DNA of 64,000 nucleotides from Dehalococcoidia bacterium. GTDB lineage: Bacteria; Chloroflexota; Dehalococcoidia; Bin125. Under the pieces are notes generated by a model. That model had not been told where the DNA came from and searched no databases. It saw only the letters and a program-made list of their open reading frames with translations. The stretch is taken from assembly GCA_965203165.1 (NCBI GenBank), contig OZ241849.1, forward strand, positions 2,766,861 through 2,830,860. Direction: 5' to 3'. Positions 35,881 through 45,446 of this stretch are shown one piece after another; within the stretch, counting starts at the first letter, position 1; the number at the start of each line of letters is the position of its first letter. Both the position numbers and the translations under genes were made by a program.

Positions 35881-36846
35881 ATGAACGCACTCAGGGAGCT
35901 TTGGCGGGACAACCCGTACACGGTGGCGGCGGTGGTGATCGCGCCGCTTGTCTTCGGGCTGGTGTTCGCCGTGATCTGGATTTTCGCCAGGGGCGGCGAC
36001 GATGCCGCGACGGTGGCGCAGGTTGAAGAGCAGCCGGCGCGCACGCCGGTCGTGGTACAGGTTGCGAGCAGCGCGGAGCAGGAGACGGCTGAGGCGCCCG
36101 CCGCGCAGAGCGGCGCGGCCGGCGCGGCGTCTTCGGGGACGACTGCGGCGCAGGCTGAGACGAACGGGCAGGGCGCTGCTTCGTCCGGTCAGGAGTCGGG
36201 GCCGGCGGCGGCGGCGGCGGAGGAGGAACCGGTCGAATCTGAGCCGCTGCCGACGCTTGAAGAGGTGTTGGTCTCGGCGATCGACGACTCGACATTCCGC
36301 TACGGGACCGAGGCTGAGCGAGGCGCGATTCTGCCGATTGACAACGGCATTGTGCCGTCGTCCGGGCCGCGGCATGCGACTTCCTGGGAGTTGCTGCTGC
36401 CGACTGCGCGGATTCGGGCCGACATTGTGTCGCTGGGGCGCACGCCGAGCGGCGCGCTGGGTGCGCCGGACAACCCGTTTGTGGTCGGCTGGTTCGATCT
36501 CAGCGCGAATCCCGGCGAGGCGGGCAATACGATTCTCGCGGGGCACCGCGACTACGAGGACATCGACGGCAACATCGGCGTGGGGGTGTGCTGGGAGTTG
36601 GATCGCGTGCAGGTCGGAGATCAGATGGTGATTCGCGACGTCGAGCAGAGCATTGCCTGGGTCTACGAGGTGACCGAGTCCGTCGTGGTGGATCCGAGCG
36701 ATCCGGCTTCGCTGCGCTACCTGACGTACTCCACGGAGCCGATCATCACGCTGATTACCTGCACGGGATCGTTCGATTCCCGGACGCACAACTACTCGCA
36801 CCGGCTGGTGGTGGTCGCGACGCTACAGGCCACGGCGTCCACATAA
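35881..36846 (+). CDS. Sortase-family transpeptidase with N-terminal TM anchor
   Basis: TM VAAVVIAPLVFGLVFAVIWIF. Catalytic His (ILAGHRD), Cys (ITLITCTG) and Arg (SHRLVV). ATG 35881 follows GGGAGG. Confidence 0.8.
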   Translation: MNALRELWRDNPYTVAAVVIAPLVFGLVFAVIWIFARGGDDAATVAQVEEQPARTPVVVQVASSAEQETAEAPAAQSGAAGAASSGTTAAQAETNGQGAASSGQESGPAAAAAEEEPVESEPLPTLEEVLVSAIDDSTFRYGTEAERGAILPIDNGIVPSSGPRHATSWELLLPTARIRADIVSLGRTPSGALGAPDNPFVVGWFDLSANPGEAGNTILAGHRDYEDIDGNIGVGVCWELDRVQVGDQMVIRDVEQSIAWVYEVTESVVVDPSDPASLRYLTYSTEPIITLITCTGSFDSRTHNYSHRLVVVATLQATAST

Positions 36847-36894
36847 GGGTTGCACGACGGTCCCGCCCCTGCCACCCGCACGCTCTCTTCGGCC

Positions 36895-37303
36895 ACTCCC
36901 GCGCAAAAATTAGATCCGTCATACCCGCGCTCCCTCCACCACACCCGCGCTTGCTCTCTCGTCAAACCCGCGCTCGCTCTCTCGTCATACCCGCGCTCCC
37001 TCTCCCGTCATACCCGCGCTCCATCTCTCGTCAAACCCGCGCTTCCTCTCCCGTCATCCCCGCGCTCGCTCTCCCGTCATACCCGCGCTCCCTCCGCCGT
37101 CATCCCCGCGCTCGCTCTCCCGTCATACCCGCGCTCGCCGCGGGTATCTCGCCGCACTGAGCACCAAGCCCCACCCCCGCCTCCTCGCCCTCGCCAAGCA
37201 TCCCTCCCGCACCCCGCACAGACCTCCCACACACCTCCGTCGTTCCGCGCAGGGCTCCGTGCAGCACTCGGCGAGATGCCCGCGGCGAGCGCGGGTTTGG
37301 GGG
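36895..37303. repeat. Family-1 half-site iterations plus MITE-like inverted pair 37120..37303
   Basis: Half-sites CCGTCA(T/A)ACCCGCGCT recur about every 30 bp. A full hairpin lies at 37120-37150 and a degenerate reverse copy at 37270-37303. Confidence 0.85.
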
Positions 37304-37326
37304 AGAGCAGGAAGTGTGAACAGGCC

Positions 37327-40077
37327 CTACCAATACTGGCGGCGCTTGCCGCGCTTGCCGTCGCGCCGCCACTCTTGGGGCTCGGCGGCGCGCTCCACGG
37401 CGACGGCGCAGACCTTGTATTCGGGGATGCGCGCTTCGGCGTCGTAGACATTGTTGGTCAGCCAGTTGGCGGCGCTCTCCTGCAGGCGGACGAACGGGAC
37501 GAAGATCGAGCCGGGCGCCACATCGTCGGTGACGAAGGCGACGCCTTCGAGTCGGCCGCGGCGCGACGCCACCTGCAGCGCTTCGCCGGAGCGCACTTCG
37601 ATTCGCGCGGCGTCCTGCGGGTGAATTGCGACGCGCAGCTCGGGCCAGCTGTCGACCAGCCCGTCGACGCGGCGGGTGATTGTGCCGCCGTGCCAGTGAT
37701 AGAGCACGCGCCCGGTGTTGAGCACGAAGGGGTAGCGCTCGTCGGGCGCTTCCTCGCTGGGCGCGGTCTGCCGTACGGGGATGAAGCGGCCTTTGCCGCG
37801 GGGAAACTCCTCGCCGTAGAGCCGCGGCGTGCCGGGATGATCGCCGTCGGGGCAGGGCCACTGGATGCCGCCTTCGGCGTCGAGCCGCGCGTGCGAGAGG
37901 CCGCCCAGAATCGGCGTGAGCGCGGCCATCTCATCAAAGACCGAGGCCGCGCTGTCGTGATCGAAGCCGGCCACCGAGAGTCCCAGCCGGGCCGCGCTGC
38001 GCCGGGCGAGCTCCTGCACGATTTGCCAGTCGGGGCGCGACTCGCCGATCGGCTCGATCACTTTGCGGACGCGCTGCACGCGGCGTTCGGAGTTGGTGAA
38101 GGTGCCCTCTTTTTCGGCGAACGAGGCGGCGGGCAGCACGATGTCGGCCAGCTCGGCGGTCTCGTGCAGGAAGATGTCCTGCACGACGAGGAAGTCGAGC
38201 CGCTCGATCGCCTCGCGGGCGTGCGCCAGATTGGGCTCGGTCAGCAGCGGGTTCTCGCCGACGATGTACATGCAGCGGATGCCGCCCTCAAGGATCGATT
38301 CGACCATGTCGGTGGCGCGCAGCCCTTCTTCGGCGGGCAGCGGTGCGCCCCAGGCCGCGCCGAAGCGGGCGAGCACATCGGGGACAAAGCGCTGATAGCC
38401 GGGCAGCGCGTCGGGGACGCAGCCGGCGTCGCCCGCGCCCTGCACGTTGTTTTGCCCGCGCAGCGGGGAGACGCCGTTGCCGACCCGCCCGACCTGGCCG
38501 GTCAACAGCGCGAGGTTGAGCAGCGCGGTCGCGTTGGCCGTGCCGTTGGTGTGCTGGGTGACGCCCATCCCCCAGATCAGGCAGGAGCCGCCGCCGGCCT
38601 CGCCCAGCGGGCGGGCGTAGGTGCGGGCGGCGCGGCGCAGCAGCTCGGCGGGCACGCCGGAGATCTGCTCAACCCGCTCGGCGTCGTACTCGTCCAGCGC
38701 CGCGCGCCAGGCCTCGTAGCCCTCGGTGCGCGCCGCGATGAACGATTCGTCCGCCAGCCCCTCGTCGAGGATCACCCGCGCCATCCCGTTGAGCACGGCC
38801 ACATCCGTGCCGGGGTACTGGCGCAGCCAGAGGTCGGCGTGGTCGCAGAGCTCGATTCGTTTGGGGTTGAGCACGATCAGCGCCGCCCCGCGCTCGTCAA
38901 TCGCGCGGCGCATGCGGCTGGCGGCGACGGGGTGATTCGAGGAGGGGTCCGCGCCGACCACGAAGAGGCAGTCGGCGGCTTCGTAGTCGCTGTAGGAGTT
39001 GGAGGTCGCGCCGCTGCCCAGCTGCGCGAGCATCGCCTCGACCGAAGGCGAGTGGCAGAGCCGCGTGCAGTGGTCGATGTTGTTGGTCGCCATCACCGCG
39101 CGGACCAGCTTTTGCAGCAGGTAGTTGTCCTCGTTGGTCGCTTTGGCGCTGGAGAACGCGCCGAACGCGCCGCGGTGCTCGGCGAACTTCTCCGCCGCGA
39201 GGTCCAGCGCTTCGTCCCAGGATGCCGGCTCGAGGCGGCCCGACGAGCGGCGAATCAGCGGCCGGGTGAGGCGGTCGGAGTGGTTGACGAAGGCCGTGCC
39301 GAAGCGTCCCTTGACGCAGAGCAGCCCCAGCGACGAGCGGTTCTGCGGGTCGTCGTCGACATGGACGAGTTGGCCGTTCTCGGCGGTGACGCGGATGCCG
39401 CAGCCGACGCCGCAGTAGGGGCAGACGGTGGAGACGGTGCGCGGCCCGGCCGCGCCGCGCTTGCCGACCAGCGCGTCGGTCGGGCAGGCAGCGACGCAGG
39501 ATCCGCAGGAGGTGCAGGTCGATTCGCCCAGCGGGTCGTCGTTGAACGCGGCGATCCGCGCGGCCTTGCCCAGCCCGGCGATGCCAATCGCGCCGATGTG
39601 CTGGCGGTCGCTGCAGGCCGAAGTGCAGCGCCCGCAGAGGATGCACTGCGAGGCGTCGAAGCGGTAAAAGTGGTTGCTCTCGTCGAGCGTCGGATTGGTT
39701 CGGGCGCGCCAGCGCGCGGGGTCGGCCTCGTGCGCCTCTGCGTGATGCCGCAGCTCGTTGTCGCCGAGCGGCTGTGCGTCGTCGCGCATCGCCAGGGTCA
39801 GTTCGAGGATGCCGCGCCGCGCGGCCACGGCGGCCTCGCTGTCGGTGCGGATCGCCAGCCCGTCGCGCAGCGGCGTAGAGCAGGCCGCGGGCAGCCCGCG
39901 CGCGCCCTCAATCTCAATCAAGCAGGTGCGGCACGCGCCGAGGGCGGGCCCGTCGGGGTCTTTGCAGAGGTGCGGCAGGTCGATGCCGGCGTCGAGCACC
40001 GCATCCAGCGCGGAGCAGTCGGGCGCGGCCTGGATGGTCCGTCCGTTGATGGTGATCGAGACGCTGTCCGCAGCCAT
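37327..40077 (-). CDS. fdhA: Formate dehydrogenase alpha subunit, NAD-dependent type (N-terminal 2Fe-2S/4Fe-4S, molybdopterin domain)
   Basis: N-terminus ITINGRTIQAAP...LPHLC, CILCGRCTSAC and CTSCGSCVAACP clusters. Mo/W-bisPGD core with Cys at the Sec/Cys position (DHCTRLCHSPSV). ATG 40077 follows GGAGG. Confidence 0.9.
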   Translation of the reverse strand: MAADSVSITINGRTIQAAPDCSALDAVLDAGIDLPHLCKDPDGPALGACRTCLIEIEGARGLPAACSTPLRDGLAIRTDSEAAVAARRGILELTLAMRDDAQPLGDNELRHHAEAHEADPARWRARTNPTLDESNHFYRFDASQCILCGRCTSACSDRQHIGAIGIAGLGKAARIAAFNDDPLGESTCTSCGSCVAACPTDALVGKRGAAGPRTVSTVCPYCGVGCGIRVTAENGQLVHVDDDPQNRSSLGLLCVKGRFGTAFVNHSDRLTRPLIRRSSGRLEPASWDEALDLAAEKFAEHRGAFGAFSSAKATNEDNYLLQKLVRAVMATNNIDHCTRLCHSPSVEAMLAQLGSGATSNSYSDYEAADCLFVVGADPSSNHPVAASRMRRAIDERGAALIVLNPKRIELCDHADLWLRQYPGTDVAVLNGMARVILDEGLADESFIAARTEGYEAWRAALDEYDAERVEQISGVPAELLRRAARTYARPLGEAGGGSCLIWGMGVTQHTNGTANATALLNLALLTGQVGRVGNGVSPLRGQNNVQGAGDAGCVPDALPGYQRFVPDVLARFGAAWGAPLPAEEGLRATDMVESILEGGIRCMYIVGENPLLTEPNLAHAREAIERLDFLVVQDIFLHETAELADIVLPAASFAEKEGTFTNSERRVQRVRKVIEPIGESRPDWQIVQELARRSAARLGLSVAGFDHDSAASVFDEMAALTPILGGLSHARLDAEGGIQWPCPDGDHPGTPRLYGEEFPRGKGRFIPVRQTAPSEEAPDERYPFVLNTGRVLYHWHGGTITRRVDGLVDSWPELRVAIHPQDAARIEVRSGEALQVASRRGRLEGVAFVTDDVAPGSIFVPFVRLQESAANWLTNNVYDAEARIPEYKVCAVAVERAAEPQEWRRDGKRGKRRQYW

Positions 40078-40117
40078 CGCCGCCCTCCACGCCTCCGATG
40101 GTATCCCAGCTCGCAAC

Positions 40118-40447
40118 AACTCCGTCACACCCGCGCCCCCACCTCCGTCATACCCGCGCCTCCACCTCCGTCACACCCGCGCTCCACCTCCGCCATACCC
40201 GCGCGAGCAAGATCCGTCATACCCGCGCTCGCCGCGGGTATCTCGGCGAGTTCTGCACGGAGCCGCGCCTCCGCCGTTTCTGCGCGGACACTCGCGCCGC
40301 GCAACGTTCCGCCCCGGATGTCCGGCGGTGCTCGGATGGCGCTTGCTCAGAAGTGGCGGGCGGGGACGGTGCTTGGTGATCAGCGCGGCGAGATACCCGC
40401 GGCGAGCGCGGGTATGACGGATCTTGCTCTCGCGGGTATGGCGGCGG
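40118..40447. repeat. Family-1 repeats including complete MITE-like unit 40214..40420
   Basis: Left end CCGTCATACCCGCGCTCGCCGCGGGTATCTCGGCG. Right end CGGCGAGATACCCGCGGCGAGCGCGGGTATGACGG. 207 bp. Confidence 0.85.
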
Positions 40448-40457
40448 TGGCACGCGG

Positions 40458-40577
40458 TTGTCGGTCCAACTCATCCTCGAGCTGCTGGCGGATGACTGGT
40501 CGACTGAGGAAGTCTTGGAGCAATATCCGACGTTGGCGAGAGATGACGTGCTCGTCTGTCTGCGCTACGCCAGCTAA
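40458..40577 (+). pseudogene. C-terminal remnant of a DUF433-family gene
   Basis: Frame encodes ..VQLILELLADDWSTEEVLEQYPTLARDDVLVCLRYAS*, matching the DUF433 C-terminal half. The N-terminal half is replaced by repeat sequence. Confidence 0.5.
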
Positions 40578-40630
40578 GCATCTGCTCTGGGCGCGCGCAA
40601 GGGCTAGCGGCGCCGGGACCTGGGCGGCGC

Positions 40631-41815
40631 TCAGTTGGGCGGGGAGTTGGTTTGCCCGGCGTTGTTTAGTCCCCAGCACACGATCGCGTTGTTCTCGCGC
40701 AGACCGCAGGTATGCTCGCTGCCCGCGCTGACGGCGATGTAGCTGCCCGGCGGGGCGTCGGCTTGCCCGTTGCGATTGTCTCCCCAGCACTCAATTGCTC
40801 CGCTCTCGCGGATCGCGCAGGTGTGTAAGAAGCCGGCGCTAACGGCGGTGAAGCTGCCCGGCGGCGGGTCGCTTTGGCCTAGATATTGACCTTGGTCGTC
40901 TTTACTTCCCCAGCACACGATTGCGCTGTTCTCGCGTAGGGCGCAAGCGTAGCCGATTCCTGCGCCGACAGCAGTGAAACTGCCCTCTGGGGCGTCGGCC
41001 TGTCCCCTGCTGTTGTTTCCCCAGCACGTGATCTCGCCGCTCGTACGCAGGCCGCAAGCGTGATAACGGCCGGCGCTGACGGCGGTGAAACTCCCTGCTG
41101 GGGCGTCGATCTGTCCGGTCTCATTTATTCGCCATTCCTTCGCTTCTTCATCTATGAAGGGGTACCCGTTCGTTCCCCAACACACGATCGCGCCGCTGCT
41201 CGCGCGGATTGCGCAAGTGAATTGCCCCCCTAGCAGAGCGACACTGACGGCGCTGAAGCTGCCATCTGGAGCGTCGGTCTGCCCGTAGTCGTTCCGTCCC
41301 CAGCACTCGATTGCACCGCTCGTGCGGATTGCACAGGTGTGGGAGGCGCCCGCGCTGACGGTGGTGTAGCGGGGCGAGGCGGAGTCGATCGTGATCTCGC
41401 TGCTGCGCAGCCAGCGGTCTATGCGAGTGTCCATCGGGAAGTAGCGCTTCGGGGGCAGGATGCGCTCTCCGTCCGTCGGCGTGAATGCGAACTCGATCCG
41501 GCCGTCGTCCAACTGGCGCGCGTTGATCCGGCCGATCTCCGCGCCGTCTACCTCTACCGGGCTGCTCCGCAACCAGCGGTTGTGATCAATGCTGGCGGGG
41601 AAGTAGCGCTTGGTAGGCAAAACTCGTGAGCCGCCGGCCAGTTGCCAGCCGAACTCAACGCGGCCATCATCGAGCAGGCGCGCGACGATGCGCCCGGTGG
41701 CCTCATCGTCGCTCTGCGCTTGCGCGGGCGCGGTGAAGTCGGCGGCGATGATCGCAGCGACCGCGGCTAAGGCTGTGAGAACGGCGATTGTGGCAGCGCG
41801 CACAGTGCGGCTCAT
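40631..41815 (-). CDS. Secreted RCC1-repeat protein with duplicated N-terminal ~50-aa module
   Basis: Signal peptide MSRTVRAATIAVLTALAAVAAIIA. Two copies of GRI.AR.LDDGR.EF......G.R.LP.KRYFP......RWLRSS, then seven copies of HTCA.R.SGAI.CWG.N..GQ.DAP.GSF.AVS. Confidence 0.75.
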   Translation of the reverse strand: MSRTVRAATIAVLTALAAVAAIIAADFTAPAQAQSDDEATGRIVARLLDDGRVEFGWQLAGGSRVLPTKRYFPASIDHNRWLRSSPVEVDGAEIGRINARQLDDGRIEFAFTPTDGERILPPKRYFPMDTRIDRWLRSSEITIDSASPRYTTVSAGASHTCAIRTSGAIECWGRNDYGQTDAPDGSFSAVSVALLGGQFTCAIRASSGAIVCWGTNGYPFIDEEAKEWRINETGQIDAPAGSFTAVSAGRYHACGLRTSGEITCWGNNSRGQADAPEGSFTAVGAGIGYACALRENSAIVCWGSKDDQGQYLGQSDPPPGSFTAVSAGFLHTCAIRESGAIECWGDNRNGQADAPPGSYIAVSAGSEHTCGLRENNAIVCWGLNNAGQTNSPPN

Positions 41816-41884
41816 CGGCGGCTCTTTCGACCGTCGGGCATCATTGGGCAAGCTAGAGCTGGCGCGGGGTTGGCACAAGTGAGC

Positions 41885-41940
41885 GAAGCTCTGTGCTGTG
41901 CTCGGCGAGATACCCGCGGCGAGCGCGGGTATGACGGATC
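41885..41940. repeat. Single reverse-orientation family-1 hairpin unit
   Basis: ctcggcgagatacccgcggcgagcgcgggtatgacgg. Confidence 0.85.
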
Positions 41941-41953
41941 CGGGGCGCAGGCG

Positions 41954-43564
<1,611 letters not shown>

Positions 43565-43636
43565 GGCTTCCTCGTTCGGCTGATCAGCGGCTTACCAGTG
43601 GGCGTACCATTCTATGCGCGAAAGGGTGAAACTCCC

Positions 43637-44689
43637 ATGTCCGACGCGCCCGACGCGCCCAACACACATGGCGCAGCGCCGAACTCCTACGAGGAGACCT
43701 ACGCGGGGGGCGCTCCGACCAACCGCTACGGGCCGGCCCACACATTCCTCGGCGTGCCGCGCGCCTCGCTTGAGGACGGGGAGAGTTGGGCGGGGGCGCA
43801 GGCGGTGATCGTCGGCGCGCCGTTCGACGCCGGCACGACCTGGCGGCCGGGCGCGCGCTTCGGACCGCGCGCGATCCGCGGCACCGATTATCTGCCCCAC
43901 ACCGGCTACCGCCCGCACCTGACGCTGGGCATCGACCCGCTGCACGCGCTGGGCGTGGTCGATGTCGGCGACATCTACATGCCGCAGCTGGACAGCGAGG
44001 GCGGGCTGCAGCGGCTGATGGACGCCTGCCAGCAGCTGGCGGCGGGCGGCGCGATTCCGGTCGTGCTGGGCGGCGATCACACGATTACGTACGCGACCGC
44101 CTCCGGCGTGGCGCGGCATCACGGGCCGGGGCGGGTGGCGATGATCCATTTCGACGCGCACGCCGACACGGGCGATTCGGAGGGCGGCCTCTGGGGGCAC
44201 GGCACGCCGATGCGCCGCCTGATCGTCTCCGGCGCGGTGCGCGGCGACCGCTTCTTCCAGCTCGGGCTGCGCGGCTACTGGCCTGACCCGCCGATCCTCG
44301 AGTGGATGGCCGAGCAGCGGATGCGCTGGTTCGACATGAGCGAGATCGTGCGGCGCGGGCTCGACGAATGCCTCACCGAGGCGCTGGAGCGCGCGGCCGA
44401 CGACTGCGACGGCGTGTTCCTCTCGGTCGATGTGGACGTGGTGGATCCGGGCATGGCGCCGGGCACCGGCACCCCCGAATCGGGCGGTCTGACCTCGCGC
44501 CAGCTGCTCGAAGCGGTGCGGCGGGCCGCGATCGAAGCGCCGCTCCTGGGCGTCGACGTGGTCGAGGTTGCGCCGGCCTACGACCACGCGGAGATCACCG
44601 CGCTGCTGGGCAACCGCATCGTGCTCGAAGCGCTCAGCGGGATCGCCGTGCGCCGGCGCAACGCGGCGCATCCACCAGAAGGCGGCTAG
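43637..44689 (+). CDS. Agmatinase/arginase (ureohydrolase) family protein
   Basis: Mn-ligand motifs GGDHTITY, IHFDAHADT and SVDVDVVDP. ATG 43637. Confidence 0.85.
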   Translation: MSDAPDAPNTHGAAPNSYEETYAGGAPTNRYGPAHTFLGVPRASLEDGESWAGAQAVIVGAPFDAGTTWRPGARFGPRAIRGTDYLPHTGYRPHLTLGIDPLHALGVVDVGDIYMPQLDSEGGLQRLMDACQQLAAGGAIPVVLGGDHTITYATASGVARHHGPGRVAMIHFDAHADTGDSEGGLWGHGTPMRRLIVSGAVRGDRFFQLGLRGYWPDPPILEWMAEQRMRWFDMSEIVRRGLDECLTEALERAADDCDGVFLSVDVDVVDPGMAPGTGTPESGGLTSRQLLEAVRRAAIEAPLLGVDVVEVAPAYDHAEITALLGNRIVLEALSGIAVRRRNAAHPPEGG

Positions 44690-44752
44690 CTGTCGTAACC
44701 ACAGAGGTGTGGGACACGTGAATACGGTGGACGGCCGGCCAGAGCGGCGTGC

Positions 44753-45057
44753 GGGCGGCGACGGTGTTCGGGTTTTGTTTTTTTTCGGGGTGTTTGGGGG
44801 TGATTTTTGGGTGCTCCCTATCTGGTCGGGGCGTTCGGCGGCGTTCAGGTTTGTTCAGGGTTGTTCGGGGTGCGCCGGGATGGCGGAGGGTGGGCGGCGA
44901 CGGTGTTCGGGTTTTGTTTTTTTCGGGGTGTTCGAGGGTGATTTTGGGGTGTTCCCTATCTGGTCGGGGCGTTCGGCGGTGTTCAGGTTTGTTCAGGTTT
45001 GTTCGGATTTGTTCGGATTTGTTCAGGGTTGTTCGGGGTACGCCGGGATGGCGGAGG
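44753..45057 (+). repeat. G/T-rich tandem duplication (137 + 166 bp) with 10-bp phased GTTC micro-repeats
   Basis: GGGCGGCGACGGTGTTCGGGTTTTG starts at 44753 and 44892. GTTC units at a 10-bp period occur 4 times (44833-44872) and 7 times (44971-45040). Confidence 0.9.
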
Positions 45058-45208
45058 GGTTGACGGTGGCAAGTTTTGGCAAGCGTTGGCGAGGCTGGGG
45101 TTGCCGGCGGGGAGGGCGGGTTGGCGTCGTTGCGGGGAGAGGGGCATGGTGATGGCACTCCTGTTCTGGTAAGTGTAGCAGGAGTTGGAGGAAGTGGGGG
45201 GTGTGCGG

Positions 45209-45357
45209 TGGTTCCTGCCTGCGCAGGAATGACGAGGGGGAGCGCAGGAATGACGGGAGGGGGCGCGGGGATGACGGAGGGGGCGCGGTTCCTGCCTGCG
45301 CAGGAATGACGAGAGGGGGTGCGCAGGAATGACGGTTGGGGGCGTGGGTATGACGGA
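45209..45357. repeat. Family-2 palindromic repeats (GGTTCCTGCCTGCGCAGGAATGACGG plus half-sites)
   Basis: Full hairpins lie near 45209 and 45287. Half-sites GCGCAGGAATGACGG / GCGCGGGGATGACGG lie between them. Confidence 0.9.
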
Positions 45358-45446
45358 GGGGCGGGGCTGGTGTAGAGTGAGGGGCGTGACGCATGGTGCC
45401 GACTTCATGACTGCCGGCCAGCGCGCTTGCCGCGCGCTGGCGGCGC

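Noticed and set aside
37327-40077. Selenocysteine codon in formate dehydrogenase
   Set aside because: The ORF is uninterrupted, and the Sec/Cys position reads Cys (TRLCHSPSV). There is no TGA recoding here.
36850-40731. 1293-aa ORF on the plus strand
   Set aside because: It is antisense to the fdhA gene and runs through repeat arrays at both ends. The Arg/Ala/Gly-rich translation has no motifs. High-GC artefact.
45061-45095. Sigma54-like element TGGCAAGTTTTGGCAA
   Set aside because: The GG-to-GC spacing is one nt off the -24/-12 consensus, the -12 region lacks TTGC, and no obvious downstream target gene sits at a sensible distance.
44634-45158. 174-aa minus-strand ORF (and plus-strand ORFs) over the G/T-rich tandem duplication
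   Set aside because: The translation is a low-complexity repeat (..TTLNKPE.RRTPRPDREHPKIT..) mirroring the DNA duplication. Codon bias is atypical. Treated as non-coding repeat DNA.
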